From Macrostomum lignano (lineage: Eukaryota), in the NCBI GenBank assembly GCA_002269645.1, contig NIVC01002014.1, positions 62,001 through 126,000 on the forward strand: a stretch of 64,000 nt of DNA, in the 5' to 3' direction. The number at the start of each line of letters is the position of its first letter. The first letter of the stretch is position 1. Positions 51,645 through 63,640 of this stretch are shown piece after piece. The notes below the pieces were generated by a model, which was not told where the DNA came from, did not search any database, and worked only from the letters and a program-made list of their open reading frames with translations. The translations under genes and the position numbers were made by a program.

Positions 51645-51668
51645 CTAACCCTAACCCTAACCCTAACC
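51645..51668. repeat. Interstitial telomere-like (CTAACC)4
   Basis: Four perfect units, TTAGGG on the minus strand. Confidence 0.8.
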
Positions 51669-51839
51669 ACTGAATCCTTTTCTTTGCATATATTTAAGCC
51701 AGACAATTAGAAAGCGTTTTTAATACACTCCAATTTAACAGTCTAATTGGTTAAATTAAATTGATGGATTTTTGCTTGAAGAAGATAATATTGATAGATA
51801 TTCGTTTAACAGAGTGAATTTTGATGAATATCGGGTTCA

Positions 51840-52160
51840 CGGAGAGGATTTTGATGGATTTAAGTTTCAAGAAAAGGATTTTGATGGATTTAAGTTTCAA
51901 GAAGAGGATTTTGATGGATTTAAGTTTCAAGAAGAGGATTTTGATGGATTTAAGTTTCAAGAAGAGGATTTTGATGGATTTAAGTTTCAAGAAGAGGATT
52001 TTGATGGATTTAAGTTTCAAGAAGAGGATTTTGATGGATTTAAGTTTCAAGAAGAGGATTTTGATGGATTTAAGTTTCATGGAGTGGATTTTGATGGAGT
52101 TCTGTTTCACGGAGAGGATTTTGATGGAGATCTGTTTCACGGAGAGGATTTTGATGGATT
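51840..52160. repeat. 30-bp minisatellite GAAGAGGATTTTGATGGATTTAAGTTTCAA
   Basis: Direct reading. Degenerate at both ends. Confidence 0.95.
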
Positions 52161-52885
52161 TTGGAGAGAACTTGGATGATAAGATTCGGGTCATAGGATT
52201 CAGCTGATGGATTTCAGGCATGGGATTCCGGTGATGGGAGTTCTTCCCCTTTCTCCTCCAACTGAGGAGTTGGCCTCGTATTATATATGCATGCATATAT
52301 TATTATATATTATTGTATACTAGATTTTTGATAGAGCTCATTTTTGTTAACACTCATCCTTATTCCTTTTGTATGTTTTTTTCAAAGAAGCATCCTTTGT
52401 TATTTAAGATATAAACATTTAATCAAAATTAACTTTGGATCTACTTAGACTAGGCCTAGAGCAAGGAGTGGCAAACTCTAGCTTGCAGGCCAGATGCAAC
52501 TCACAAAGACCATGGATCCTTTAAAACTTCACAATAGCAATCTGGCCTACTCAAGGTTTGTCTCTTCTCAGTCTTACCTCTTTTCTTATTTCCTGTATTG
52601 TTCTATCCTTTCTTTTCTCTCTACTACTCTTATCTATTTGATCTCTTCTCTCTCTTCTTGATCAATAAGCCTCTCTTTTCTCATATTTCTCTTCTCTATT
52701 ACCTCTCCTCCCCACTTTGGCAGTCATGCGCTGGGTTCTCTATCTGGCCCTTGACACAAAAAGTTTGCCAACCCCTGACTTTGACCATATTTTTGGGAGG
52801 ATTATAAATAATATGCTATGAGTAGACCTGTTTTGCTTTTTGCATGTTCCTTTCTGAGAGTCTGAGAATAGCGAGAGACACAAGC

Positions 52886-54421
52886 ATGGCACTCGAACAA
52901 ACTAAGGAGGAACGAAAGTTGACGTCGCCGTCTTTGGCACAGACCCATATGCAGGGTCCACTAGCCGTAAATGGCAGCGGCAAAGCGCTTACCAGAGCCG
53001 AGCTCGAAGAAGTCAAAAAGGATCTCGAGAAGATCAAGGCCGAGTTCGGACTGGAGGAACCCGTCCGCAGCTTCATGGGCGAGGAGGACACCAGTTGGAT
53101 CTTCGGGGGCCCACCAGATTACTCGCTCACAAACTACCTTTACTTGAAAGAGCGAACCCACGTGCACAAGCCCGGTTCCCTCGAGCAGATCGTCGAGAAT
53201 CTCGTTAAGACATGGGAAATGGAGCGCTCCCACAAGGCCGACTGCAGGCAGCACCAGTCCGTGGACCAGGAGCGATTTGCCATCTCAGCCAATGGCGGCA
53301 AGGTTTTCAACAACTCCGAGGCGAACAAGGTAAGCCAGCCATAGCATCTCATGCCATAGCATCTCATGCCATAGCATCTCATGCCATAGCATCTCATGCC
53401 ATAGCATCTCATGCCATAGCATCTCATGCCATAGCATCTTATGCCATAGCATCTCATGCCATAGCATCTCATGCCATAGCATCTCATGCCATAGCATCTC
53501 ATGCCATAGCATCTTATGCCATAGCATCTCATGCCATAGCATCTCATGCCATAGCATCTTATGCCATAGCATCTCATGCCATAGCATCTCATGCCATAGC
53601 ATCTCATGCCATAGCATCTCATGCCATAGCATCTCATGCCATAGCATCTTATGCCATAGCATCTCATGCCATAGCATCTCATGCCATAGTTATAGCATCT
53701 CATGCCATAGCATCTTATGCCATAGCATCTCATGCCATAGTATCTCATGCCATGGCATCTCATGCCATGGCATCTCATGCCATGGCATCTCATGCCATAG
53801 CATCTTATGCCATAGCATCTTATGCCATAGTTATAGCATCTCATGCCATAGTTATAGCATCTCATGCCATAGCATCTTATGCCATAGCATCTCATGCCAT
53901 AGCATCTTATGCCAAAGTGCCATTGCGTGTCAGCTCAACATTTAAATTCTCAAAGATTCTCGAATTCTTTTCCTCTCCGCTTGCTTGATTATGTATCTCA
54001 TTCTTTCAAACAGGTAGGAAACTATAACGTTCTTCTCAACGCGTGCCCAGCCGACCTCTGGGATTCTGAAAAGTCTACTTGGGAGGACTCGCATCACAAG
54101 TTCCGCGAAGCCTTTGCCGCCTTTCCCTGGGAGGTCCTCCAGGTCTACAGCGGCCCCCCGAAGGTGGCATTCACCTGGCGCCACTGGGGGACCTTCACGG
54201 GAACTTACGAAGAAAACAAGGGCAAGGGCGAAAAAGTAGAAATGTTCGGCTTTGGGACAGCCGTTGTCAACGACAAGCTTCAGCTCTGCGACGTTGAGAT
54301 CTTCTACAATGCCGAGGAGTTCATAAGCGTCCTGCGGGGACAGAAAACTGTTGACGAGGTCAACGCTGACTGGAACAGCGGCGCCACCTGTCCCTTTGCC
54401 GCAATGGTTGCCAAGAAGTAA
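52886..54421 (+). CDS. Pathogen-related protein (PRP)-like, NTF2/SnoaL-like fold, 283 aa
   Basis: Exons 52886-53329 and 54014-54421 (phase-0 GTAAGC..cag intron). Family motifs GSLEQIVENLVKTWEMERSHK, GNYNVLL, FPWEVLQVYSGPPKVAFTWRHWG, VEIFYN. An in-frame upstream ATG exists at 52844. Confidence 0.88.
53340..53912. repeat. Intronic 15-bp minisatellite ATAGCATCTCATGCC
   Basis: Direct reading. Fills the PRP intron. Confidence 0.95.
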
Positions 54422-54931
54422 ATCGTCCGGAGTTTGACAATTATGGATACCGTTATTTTCATGCGATTGATTGATATGATAATATTTATATAATATTGAT
54501 ATTGCAACTAAAAAAATCATTAGCCAAAAAATTTTTTTCAGACTATATTTTTAATCCCTTTTTGAGCTGTGCGCAATAGTTGATTTGTATCTTATTACAT
54601 TTTCTCGATTGCTACAATAATATTGTGATGCTTGTCACTTTCTTCGTATACTGATAAAGGCGCATTCTTTGTTATAAATATAATTTCAATATCGTGATTT
54701 ATCGTTCAAGTCGTGATTTATCGTTCAAGTCGTGATTTATTAGCTGAGAATTTAGTATTTGTTATTGCATATCGAAATATTTTTGTAATATCCAATGTCT
54801 ACGAGACTCAAGATTATTTTGTTCTTTTTGAGTTCTTGCTCAACAAATGACCTGTTCGAGCACGCCTTGCTAACAAACACTGTCTTTTTGCAGCGTCCAT
54901 TTCCGTAGTAGACTTTGCAACGCTTTGAAAG

Positions 54932-55640
54932 TCAAGGCTGCGATTCAGTAGACTCGATGAGGTCCTGACAGTGACGAACAGGAAGGGGGAAATCTCTTAG
55001 TGGCATCGCACTCCGTGCGTACAGGATCCAGGCGTTCCGTACCAGCTGCAGGAGGAAGTGGAACAGGAGCTTGTGGAACCACTTGTATGTGCGACGGTTG
55101 GTACGTGCTGCGTCTATCCTGTCCATTCCTCCCATGCGCTTGCTGTATGCTGCAACGCTTCAGCTTCAGAGCGTCCTCCGCTCCGATTATATCAAAGTGC
55201 AGAAGTGACCTTGGTCGACTGTGTCGAAAGTTGTAAAAACTATCTATTCCATAGTTTTTTTCCATAGCTGAAGGGTCTGCAGAATTCCACCTATCGGTAC
55301 CCGCTCTGCAGAAGGGATTCTCTGGTGTCGGAGTTCTCGGGACACATGTTGGAAGCCAGGTGTCCCAGGTGTTCGGGCAGCTTCAATGCGAACCTGGCTG
55401 GCAGCGACCTGGCGCTGAACCTGTACCTCACCTCGCTGCTGCACAAAGTGGATGAGAAGGCAGAGTAGGTGCCGTGGAGTGTCGCCATCCAAAAGTCTAT
55501 TTTGGCACTGACTGGTGGAGCTCTGTGCTTAACTTTTTTAACGCACTTTTGATAGAAAATCGGTATGCCTCTAAATTGCGTAGTTTCTCTGCATAGTTGC
55601 CTCTGAAGTGCCTCTGGCTTGGAAACTTTTTCGCAACCGC
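54932..55640 (-). mobile_element. Degenerate piggyBac (PGBD4-like) transposase remnant
   Basis: AYSKRMGGMDRID..RRTYKWFHKLLFHFLLQLVRNAWILY matches the piggyBac YN..MGGVD..R..KW..K..FH....NA.ILY block. Weaker, frameshifted similarity continues upstream. No TIR pair found. Confidence 0.72.
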
Positions 55641-56674
55641 TGCTTACATGATCTCGTGTTGCTCTCCAAGCGTAGTTTTACCTCATGCTGACAATTCTAA
55701 TCTTTACTGACTTTGGACGGAAAATTGAAAAATTGGATAAAAAATTAAACAAATGACAATGAAAAAGAAATTTATAAATGTATTCTGTATTTTCGCGCAC
55801 CGAATTTCCGTGCTCAAAAGCCATGTCTCATGTCTCGAGTAAAATTATCCCATCCACATCATCTCAAATCCCATGCATCATCGTATAGAGCACCCTGAGC
55901 ACCGCGTAGTTTTCGGTGGTCCTTTGAAAAAATTTGAGACATTCACGTAGTTCTTATTTTTATATTTGTTTTTCTCAAAGCACTCTGATTGAGCTCCTGT
56001 GTGTTTTATAAGTATAAGCATGGAATTGTTTAAAAAAATATTTAAATAAATTTAAAAGTCGAATATTATAAATATTTGCTCAAAAATTTCAGCTCGAAAA
56101 TTTTGTTTTTACCAAAAACTTCGCTAATAAATACATGTACGCAAGCACAAGAGTACAGGCCCAGTTTCCCAGCTCTGGCTGAGGCTGACTGGCCTCCGGC
56201 TCTCCTGGGGTCCGGCAGCAGGCAGCCATTATCGTGCTCAGTGCCTGAGCACACAAGACCAGATGTTTTTAACTCCCTAAACTCGTCTGTCAGACTCTTG
56301 AACTTCAGCACAATATCCGCCTTAAAAAACATCAGCGGAAAGGCTGCGGGCATCCTGGCGCAACGCCTTCGGCAAAATCGTCCCAAAATAAGCGTCGAGG
56401 CAATTCAATCCTCGTATCCAGAAGACACCAAGCTATTGTGGAGACAAGGCCTGAAAAAAGGATACCTTAGAAGCGAGTATCATCAGCTATTGCCTCAAGC
56501 CTCCGTTGCTTGCATGGGTCCGGCTTCACAGGTTTCTGTACTCATTTAGCTTTACTCCAAGGTGCGCACCTGTCGGGTGTACACTGGAGATGCTCGCAGA
56601 TTGTGCAGGCAAAACTGAAGTTCTCCTTCTATTGTGCAACTGTGACTTAGCTTAGTTCAGCTTACTTTTTTCTT

Positions 56675-57343
56675 CTCTCCTCTCCTCTCCTCTCCTCTCC
56701 CCTCCTCTCCTCTCCTCTCCTCTCCTCTCCTCTCCTCTCCTCTCCTCTCCTCTCCTCTCCTCTCCTCTCCTCTCCTCTCCTCTCCTCTCCTCTCCTCTCC
56801 TCTCCTCTCCTCTCCTCTCCTCTCTCTCCTCTCCTCTCCTCTCCTCTCCTCTCCTCTCCTCTCCTCTCTCTCTCCTCTCCCTCTCTCTCTCTCTCCTCTC
56901 CTCTCCTCCTCTCCTCTCCTCTCCTCTCCTCTCCTCTCCTCTCCTCTCCTCTCCTCTCCTCTCCTCTCCTCTCCTCTCCTCTCCTCTCCTCTCCTCTCCT
57001 CTCCTCTCCTCTCCTCTCCTCTCCTCTCCTCTCCTCTCCTCTCCTCTCCTCTCCTCTCCTCTCCTCTCCTCTCCTCTCCTCTCCTCTCCTCTCCTCTCCT
57101 CTCCTCTCCTCTCCTCTCCTCTCCTCTCCTCTCCTCTCCTCTCCTCTCCTCTCCTCTCCTCCTCTCCTCTCCTCTCCTCTCCTCTCCTCTCCTCTCCTCT
57201 CCTCTCCTCTCCTCTCCTCTCCTCTCCTCTCCTCTCCTCTCCTCTCCTCTCCTCTCCTCTCCTCTCCTCTCTCTCTCCTCTCCTCTCCTCTCCTCTCCTC
57301 TCCTCTCCTCTCCTCTCCTCTCCTCTCCTCTCCTCTCCTCTCC
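56675..57343. repeat. (CTCCT)n pentamer microsatellite
   Basis: Direct reading. Confidence 0.97.
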
Positions 57344-59299
57344 ACTTATCTTAGTTAGTTTAGTTTAGTTGCAGCAAAAGGCACAAGACACAGCAGCATC
57401 CTTTTCTTGATTAGAATTATGATGACTACAGTTGAAAGTGTCACAAAAAATCACATTGAGGTCCATTCTTCCATCTTCTTCCAACCCGCTTCTGAGCCTT
57501 TTTGCTCTCCTCTCCTCATCTGATTTTCAACTCCAGCCAACGTACAGCTGTAACTACCTGTTAATCCCAGACTGTGGAGGAAGGACACAGAATGAGCAAA
57601 CAGTTCGGCAGGGACAAGCTCACATCAAACTCTCAGTTTCAAACCCTGCTGCTATGCTCATCTCTCAGTGCTCATCGGAGTCGCCAAACAGTCTTGTACA
57701 GGTGATGATGAGCGCAATGGAACAGAAGTTCGGCTCCATTGTCCGATGCGCGCACAAAAGCTGAAAAACACTTTAACCGTTGCCACCGAGCGCAGAAAGA
57801 ATGCATGCAGTGTTTCAACTAAAGGCTACGTATATCTGTCTCAAGCTCATTAATCGTCATGTTGTCCGAGACAAAACTGCAATATTTTATTCTGTTGCGT
57901 GAATGCTCGTCATAAATTAGAGTTCTCTCAGCCATTGTTTTTCAAGGGTTTCGCGCAATGCTAAATAAAAAATAAGCTGTTTGTGAGTGCAGCCGCACCA
58001 TCTCAGTGCACAATGCTTCTGTCTCATTGGTAAGATTTTAAGTTTTTACTGTGCCCAGCCGATTGCAGCGAGAGCAAACGGTCATAGAGGCAATTGTCAC
58101 ATGATTCACGCGGCTAAATGTTTATGCAAGCAGGTAATGGGCCTGTTCTATAAAGCCATCGTAAGATAAGATCGTTCTTAGCTCCTATCTCCGCAGTGTA
58201 AAAGTTCCGACGTACGATCGAACTTAGGCTACGACAGCTTTACTCGTATAGTACGACCCCCAGTGCCTAAATCAGAGTATGCAACTCGTAAGTGGCCCAG
58301 CCTGTGATTTTAGTGTCTGAGTTTCCAGTTGCTGAGAGAAGATTTTGACTTGTTTTGGTGCGCCTTCGCTTGATCGTGGGAGGTTTTTAACTGCAGATGC
58401 ATAACAGCTGCGACACTTCCAGCAAAGCTTATTCTATCTGGTTATAAACATTTTCCACAGTGGGATTCAGACAGTGCTTCGTATCGACGGATAAAAACTT
58501 CAAGCCAGTTTTAGAAATTGTACATAGAAAAGTACCTATCAAGTGCAACCTCAGCAACTGCGCAGTGGAGGCCGAACCGAACGATTTTACTAATTAATTT
58601 AAGCTCACAGGTGGCTGGCATGCTACTTTCAGCAGTAATTAGTATAATTAATATTGATTTATTTGTCATCTCTAGCCCCAGTCCCTTGCAATGATCCAGC
58701 TGTAAATGAGAGAAATTCGACAAGTTCAGACTGAACTACGCTGTCTCCGTACTTTGTAACTGTGCGTGTGCAGACTGTACAGGTAAGACCTGGTTGAGCT
58801 GTGCAGCTCTGGTAAACTGCAGTACGCTAGGGCTGCTCATCAGCTGAAATATAATTTATAAAAAATAACTTGGGTTGGCTGATTGAAAGAATAGTTATAG
58901 GTTTTTTGGTAAAAGAGAACGATTGCACTTATGCCATGGGTTACTGTATTTTCCTCTCCCATCGTTTTCTATATCTTATATATCTTATCTTATATCTTCT
59001 GTTCCCGATTCGTTAATAAGGTGCCTGTCCTTATCCTCCAGCTGCTTGTCCAGCCAGCTTGAATGAGTCTAAAAGTGAAAATGAATTTTCGCCATGTGAG
59101 GTCGGTGCTCACCGAAGCTCTGCTAGACTCGTCCGGCTCCATGCAGCGCAGCTTCGACCGCCAGCAAGCAGCGGGCGCGGCCAGATACGACCATCATGCA
59201 CCTGAGCGTGGAGAGAGGTGCATCGAGACAGCGGGCATCTGGACTTCTTGTAAATCAGAAAAGTGATTATATTATAGAGCTCGGAAGGCCAAGGAAGTC

Positions 59300-59431
59300 G
59301 ATGTTGAGATCTTCTACAATGCCGAGGAGTTCATAAGCGTCCTGCGGGGACAGAAAACTGTTGGCGAGGTCAACGCCGATTGGAACAGCGGCGCCACCTG
59401 TCCCTTTGCCGCAATGGTTGCCAAGAAGTAA
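59300..59431 (+). pseudogene. 5'-truncated duplicate of the PRP-like gene 3' end (DVEIFYN..AKK*)
   Basis: 4 differences in 132 nt versus 54290-54421. No upstream PRP sequence is present. Confidence 0.85.
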
Positions 59432-59864
59432 ATCGTCCGGAGTTTGACAATTATGGATACCGTTATTTTCATGCGATTGATTGATATGATAATATTGATA
59501 TGTTGTAACTAAATAGATCATTAGCCAAATACTTATTTTTGGCAGACTTTCCATTCTAAATTCCTTTTTAAGCTGTGTGCCTCATTCGATGTATCTTATT
59601 ACATTTTCTCGGCTGCTATAACAATATTGTGATGCTTGTCACTTCGTTTACAAATAAGAGTGCATTCTTTGTTATAAATATACTTAAAATGTCGTGATTT
59701 ATCGTTCAAATCGTGATTTATCAATTGAGAATTAAATATTAGTTATTACATATCGAAATATTTTCGTAATTTTCTGCGAGAGTCACAAGATTTTTTTGTT
59801 CTTTTTGAGTTCTTGCTCAACAAATGACCAGTTCGAGCACGCCTTGCTAACAAAGTGTCTTTTT

Positions 59865-59999
59865 GCAGCGTCCATTTCTGTAGTAGACTTTGCAGCGTCC
59901 ATTTCTGTAGTAGACTTTGCAGCGTCCATTTCTGTAGTAGACTTTGCAGCGTCCATTTCTGTAGTAGACTTTGCAGCGTCCATTTCTGTAGTAGACTTT
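59865..59999. repeat. 27-bp unit GCAGCGTCCATTTCTGTAGTAGACTTT x5
   Basis: Direct reading. Single copy in the paralogous segment at 54890-54916. Confidence 0.95.
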
Positions 60000-60325
60000 G
60001 CAACGCTTGGAAAGTCAAAGGTGCGATTCAGTCGACTCGATGAGGTCCTGACAGTGACGAACAGGAAGGAGGCAATTTCTTAGTGCCACCACACTCCGTG
60101 TATACAGAATCTAGGCGTTCCGTACCAGCTGCAGGAGGAATTGGAATAGGAACTGGCGGAACCACTTGTACGTGCTGCGTTTATCCTGTCCACTCCTCAC
60201 AGGCGCTTGCTATATGCTGCAATACCCAATTTAACTTTAGAGCGTCCTCCGCTCAGATTATATCAAAGGCAGAAGTGACCTTCGTCGACTAAGTGCGAAT
60301 AATGTAAAAACTATCTATTCCATAG
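60000..60325 (-). mobile_element. Second, more decayed copy of the piggyBac transposase fragment
   Basis: Homologous to about 54920-55254, with deletions. Confidence 0.6.
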
Positions 60326-60394
60326 ATTTCAAGACGAGTAACACGATGGAGACAGTGCTCTTCTCTGCCGCATTTCTGCTATCCATCCCCACCT

Positions 60395-60690
60395 TTTCTC
60401 TCTCCTCTCCGATCTCTCCTCTCGGATCTCTCCTCTCCGATCTCTCCTCTCGGATCTCTCCTCTCTGGTCTCTCCTCTCCGATCTCTCCTCTCCGATCTC
60501 TCCTCTCTGATCTCTCCTCTCTGATCTCTCCTCTCTGATCTCTCCTCTCCGATCTTTTCTCTTCTATCTCTTCTTTCTCTCCGATCTCTCCTCTTACAAG
60601 TATCTCTCCTCTCTGATCTTTCCTCTCCGAGCTCTCCTCTCCTATCCAATTTTTCCTCCCAGATCTCTGATCTCTCCTCTCTCCTCGTCC
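60395..60690. repeat. CT-rich repeat (CTCTCCTCTCCGAT-like)
   Basis: Direct reading. Confidence 0.85.
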
Positions 60691-60804
60691 TGTCCCTTTA
60701 CTCGTTTAGCTTCTCCACAACGGCAATTCCATCATTCCAAGTGGCAACATGCATCGCAACATGCTACTTTATTGACAGTGCGAGTAGCACCAAATGCGCG
60801 CAGA

Positions 60805-61073
60805 TCAGGGAGTCAGATAAATTGTCTTCTGCAATCGCTGCTGCCGGTCTCGCGGCTTTGTTGGCGCGCGAGATTCTTCGTCGCTGAATTCTTCGACGTC
60901 TTCCTGACTGCCGCCACCGCCGCAACAGCAGGAGTGAAGAAGCAAAGCCATTAGGCCGGCGAACAGCCCGAGGCCCGCCAGACCGCCGAGGACTCCGCCA
61001 ACGATGCAGGGCAGCTCGCAGGACGGCATCTCGAAGTGTTGATGGCGGCGAAGTCCTTGGCAGCTGGAGTTGC
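60805..61073 (-). CDS. Terminal exon of a single-pass membrane protein gene entering from the right
   Basis: Strong acceptor tctctgtctccctgcag, phase 1. Reads NSSCQGLRRHQHFEMPSCELPC-IVGGVLGGLAGLGLFAGLMALLL-HSCCCGGGG..acidic tail..stop. A possible upstream exon ends at donor 62069/62070. Confidence 0.6.
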
Positions 61074-61099
61074 CTGCAGGGAGACAGAGACTGGGATTT

Positions 61100-61760
61100 G
61101 AGGGGAGATGAGAGCCTGATAGGAGTAAGATCGCGAGATAGGGGATGGAGGTGGCAGATGGGAGATTAGAGATGGTAGAAAAGATATTAGAGAAGGCAGA
61201 TAAAGAATTACAGATGACAGGTAGGAGATGGGAGATAAGAGATGGCAGCGAGGAGATGGAAGATTAGAGATGGCAGATGGAAGATTAGAGATGGCAGGGA
61301 GGAGATGGAAGATTAGAGATGGCAGATGGATTAGAGATGGCAGGGAGGAGATGGAAGATTAGAGATGGCAGATGGATTAGAGATGGCAGGGAGGAGATTA
61401 GAGATGGCAGATGGAAGATTAGAGATGGCAGGGAGGAGATGGAAGATTAGAGATGGCAGGGAGGAGATGGAAGATTAGAGATGGCAGGTAGGAGATGGAA
61501 GATTAGAGATGGCAGAAAGTATATTAGAGAAGGCAGATAGAAGATTATGGATGGCAGGTAGGAGATGGGAGATTAGAGATGGCAGTTGGGAGATTAGAGA
61601 TGGCAGATGAGAGATTAGAGATGTCAAATATGAGAGGAGAGGTGGCAGATGGGAGATTAGAGATGGCAAATAGAAAGAGGAGAGGTGGAAGATGGGAGAT
61701 TAGAGAGGGCAAATGGGAGAGGAGAGACGGCAGATGGCAGATTGGCGATGGTAGATAGCA
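61100..61760. repeat. Intronic purine-rich repeat (GATTAGAGATGGCAG-like)
   Basis: Direct reading. Confidence 0.85.
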
Positions 61761-62499
61761 TATTAGAGTTGATAGTTAAAAGACTATAGGCGGGAGGCTA
61801 GACATGGAAGACGAGAGATTAGATGTAAATTGAACACGAGAGAATATAGGCTAAGGAATAGACATAAGAGATCACAGACTAGAGATTGGAGACTAGGTAG
61901 TGGAGAGTAGAGGGGGGACTTAAAGATGGGAGACCAGAGATGTGAGACTAGAGATGAAAACCCTGGCTGAACTTGCCGCATTGTAAATCTAGCAGCAGAG
62001 GTTTGATCAAAATGATTACCTGACAAAATGAATTGAGCAGCTGAGTCTCCAGTGCTTTTCCGCTGATACCTGTCTGCAGAACCCGCTGCTCCAGTGAGTT
62101 CAGATCTGATCGGCTCAATAAATTCTCAATCATGAAGCCCTCACTGAGATTGCACTGCTCACAGAGGGACACCCGCAAGAACTTGCGCCTGCACTGATCG
62201 ACAGCCTCAATACAGATGCTCATTATATATTAATTAAACGGCATGTTGCCCTCTCCAGACAGACCGGGGGTTGAGGCACCAGGAACTGTCTTGTGCAACT
62301 GAGCTCTGGTTTGTATATTTGAAACTCACTGCTTTCAGCTGGTGTATTGCGTGCACTTCACACTGTCTAGTGGAAAGCAGGTAAAATGGTTGTGAGCGCA
62401 GCACTACTGATTGTAAGTAGTAACTCTTGTCCTGAGTGAGGATAATTTAGTAAAATAACCGAACTAAAATTCAGTGGGGGTCGGTCTGTCGAGTTCATC

Positions 62500-63455
62500 T
62501 GCCACCTCCCTGCAATTTCCTGCCATCTGCAATCTGCCACCTCCCTGCAATTTCCTGCCATCTGCAATCTGCCACCTCCCTGCAATTTCCTGCCATCTGC
62601 AATCTGCAATCTCCCTGCAACTCCCAGGATTTTCCTGCCATCTCCCTGCATGCCATTTGCAATCTCCCTGTCATCTCCCTGCATTTTCCTGCCATCTGCC
62701 ATCTCCTGCCATCTCCCTTCATGCCATCTGCAATCTCCTGCCATCTCCCTGCATGCCATCTGCAATCTCCTGTCATCTCCCTGCATGCCATCTGCAATCT
62801 CCTGCCATCTCCCTGCATGCCATCTGCAATCTCCTGCCATCTCCCTGCATGCCATCTGCAATCTCCTGTCATCTCCCTGCATGCCATCTGCAATCTCCTG
62901 CCATCTCCCTGCATGCCATCTGCAATCTCCCTGCAACTCCCAGGATTTTCCTGCCATCTCCCTGCATGCCATTTGCAATCTCCCTGTCATCTCCCTGCAT
63001 TTTCCTGCCATCTGCCATCTCCTGCCATCTCCCTTCATGCCATCTGCAATCTCCTGCCATCTCCCTGCATGCCATCTGCAATCTCCTGTCATCTCCCTGC
63101 ATGCCATCTGCAATCTCCTGCCATCTCCCTGCATGCCATCTGCAATCTCCTGCCATCTCCCTGCATGCCATCTGCAATCTCCTGTCATCTCCCTGCATGC
63201 CATCTGCAATCTCCTGCCATCTCCCTGCATGCCATCTGCAATCTCCTGTCATCTCCCTGCATGCCATCTGCAATCTCCTGTCATCTCCCTGCATGCCATC
63301 TGCAATCTCCCTGCCATCTCCCTGCATTTTCCTGCCATCTGCCATCTCCTGCCATCTCCTTGCATTTTCCGCCATCTCCCGTCATCCCCTGCCATCTGCC
63401 ATCGATCCTGCCATCTCCCTGCATTTTCCGCCATCTCCCGTCATCTGCCATCTTT
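62500..63455. repeat. Modular repeat (CTGCCATCTCCCTGCATGCCATCTGCAATCTC) with a roughly 317-bp higher-order duplication
   Basis: Direct reading. Block CTGCAACTCCCAGGATTTT recurs at about 62616 and 62933. Confidence 0.9.
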
Positions 63456-63640
63456 TTGCAGAGATGAAGCAAGCTAATTGAGCTGGATAAAGGGTATCCC
63501 AAAATGTTTGGCTGCATCCCCCTGCCATTAATAATCAGTTCTAAAGCAAGCACTCTATTTTCTTTCCAAGTTTGGTCCCGAAAATATATTCAGTTCGAAG
63601 GCAAGTTATTGAGCTCAAAAGTCTACGATTCAACCTTCAT

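Larger units (their letters stand above)
59300..60325 (+). repeat. Direct segmental duplication of 54290-55254 (PRP 3' end, 3' flank, piggyBac fragment)
   Basis: Collinear similarity from GA(C/T)GTTGAGATC to AAAACTATCTATTCCATAG, offset about 5.0 kb. Confidence 0.9.

Noticed and set aside
51772-52296. EEDFDGFKFQ repeat protein
   Set aside because: A 30-bp array open in several frames, with no splice or start support.
56066-56549. ORFs that might be the N-terminal part of the piggyBac transposase
   Set aside because: Only a faint FPLMFFK resemblance; not supportable without a profile search.
57773-57790. TTAA-CCGTTG as a piggyBac terminal repeat
   Set aside because: No matching inverted partner found in the window.
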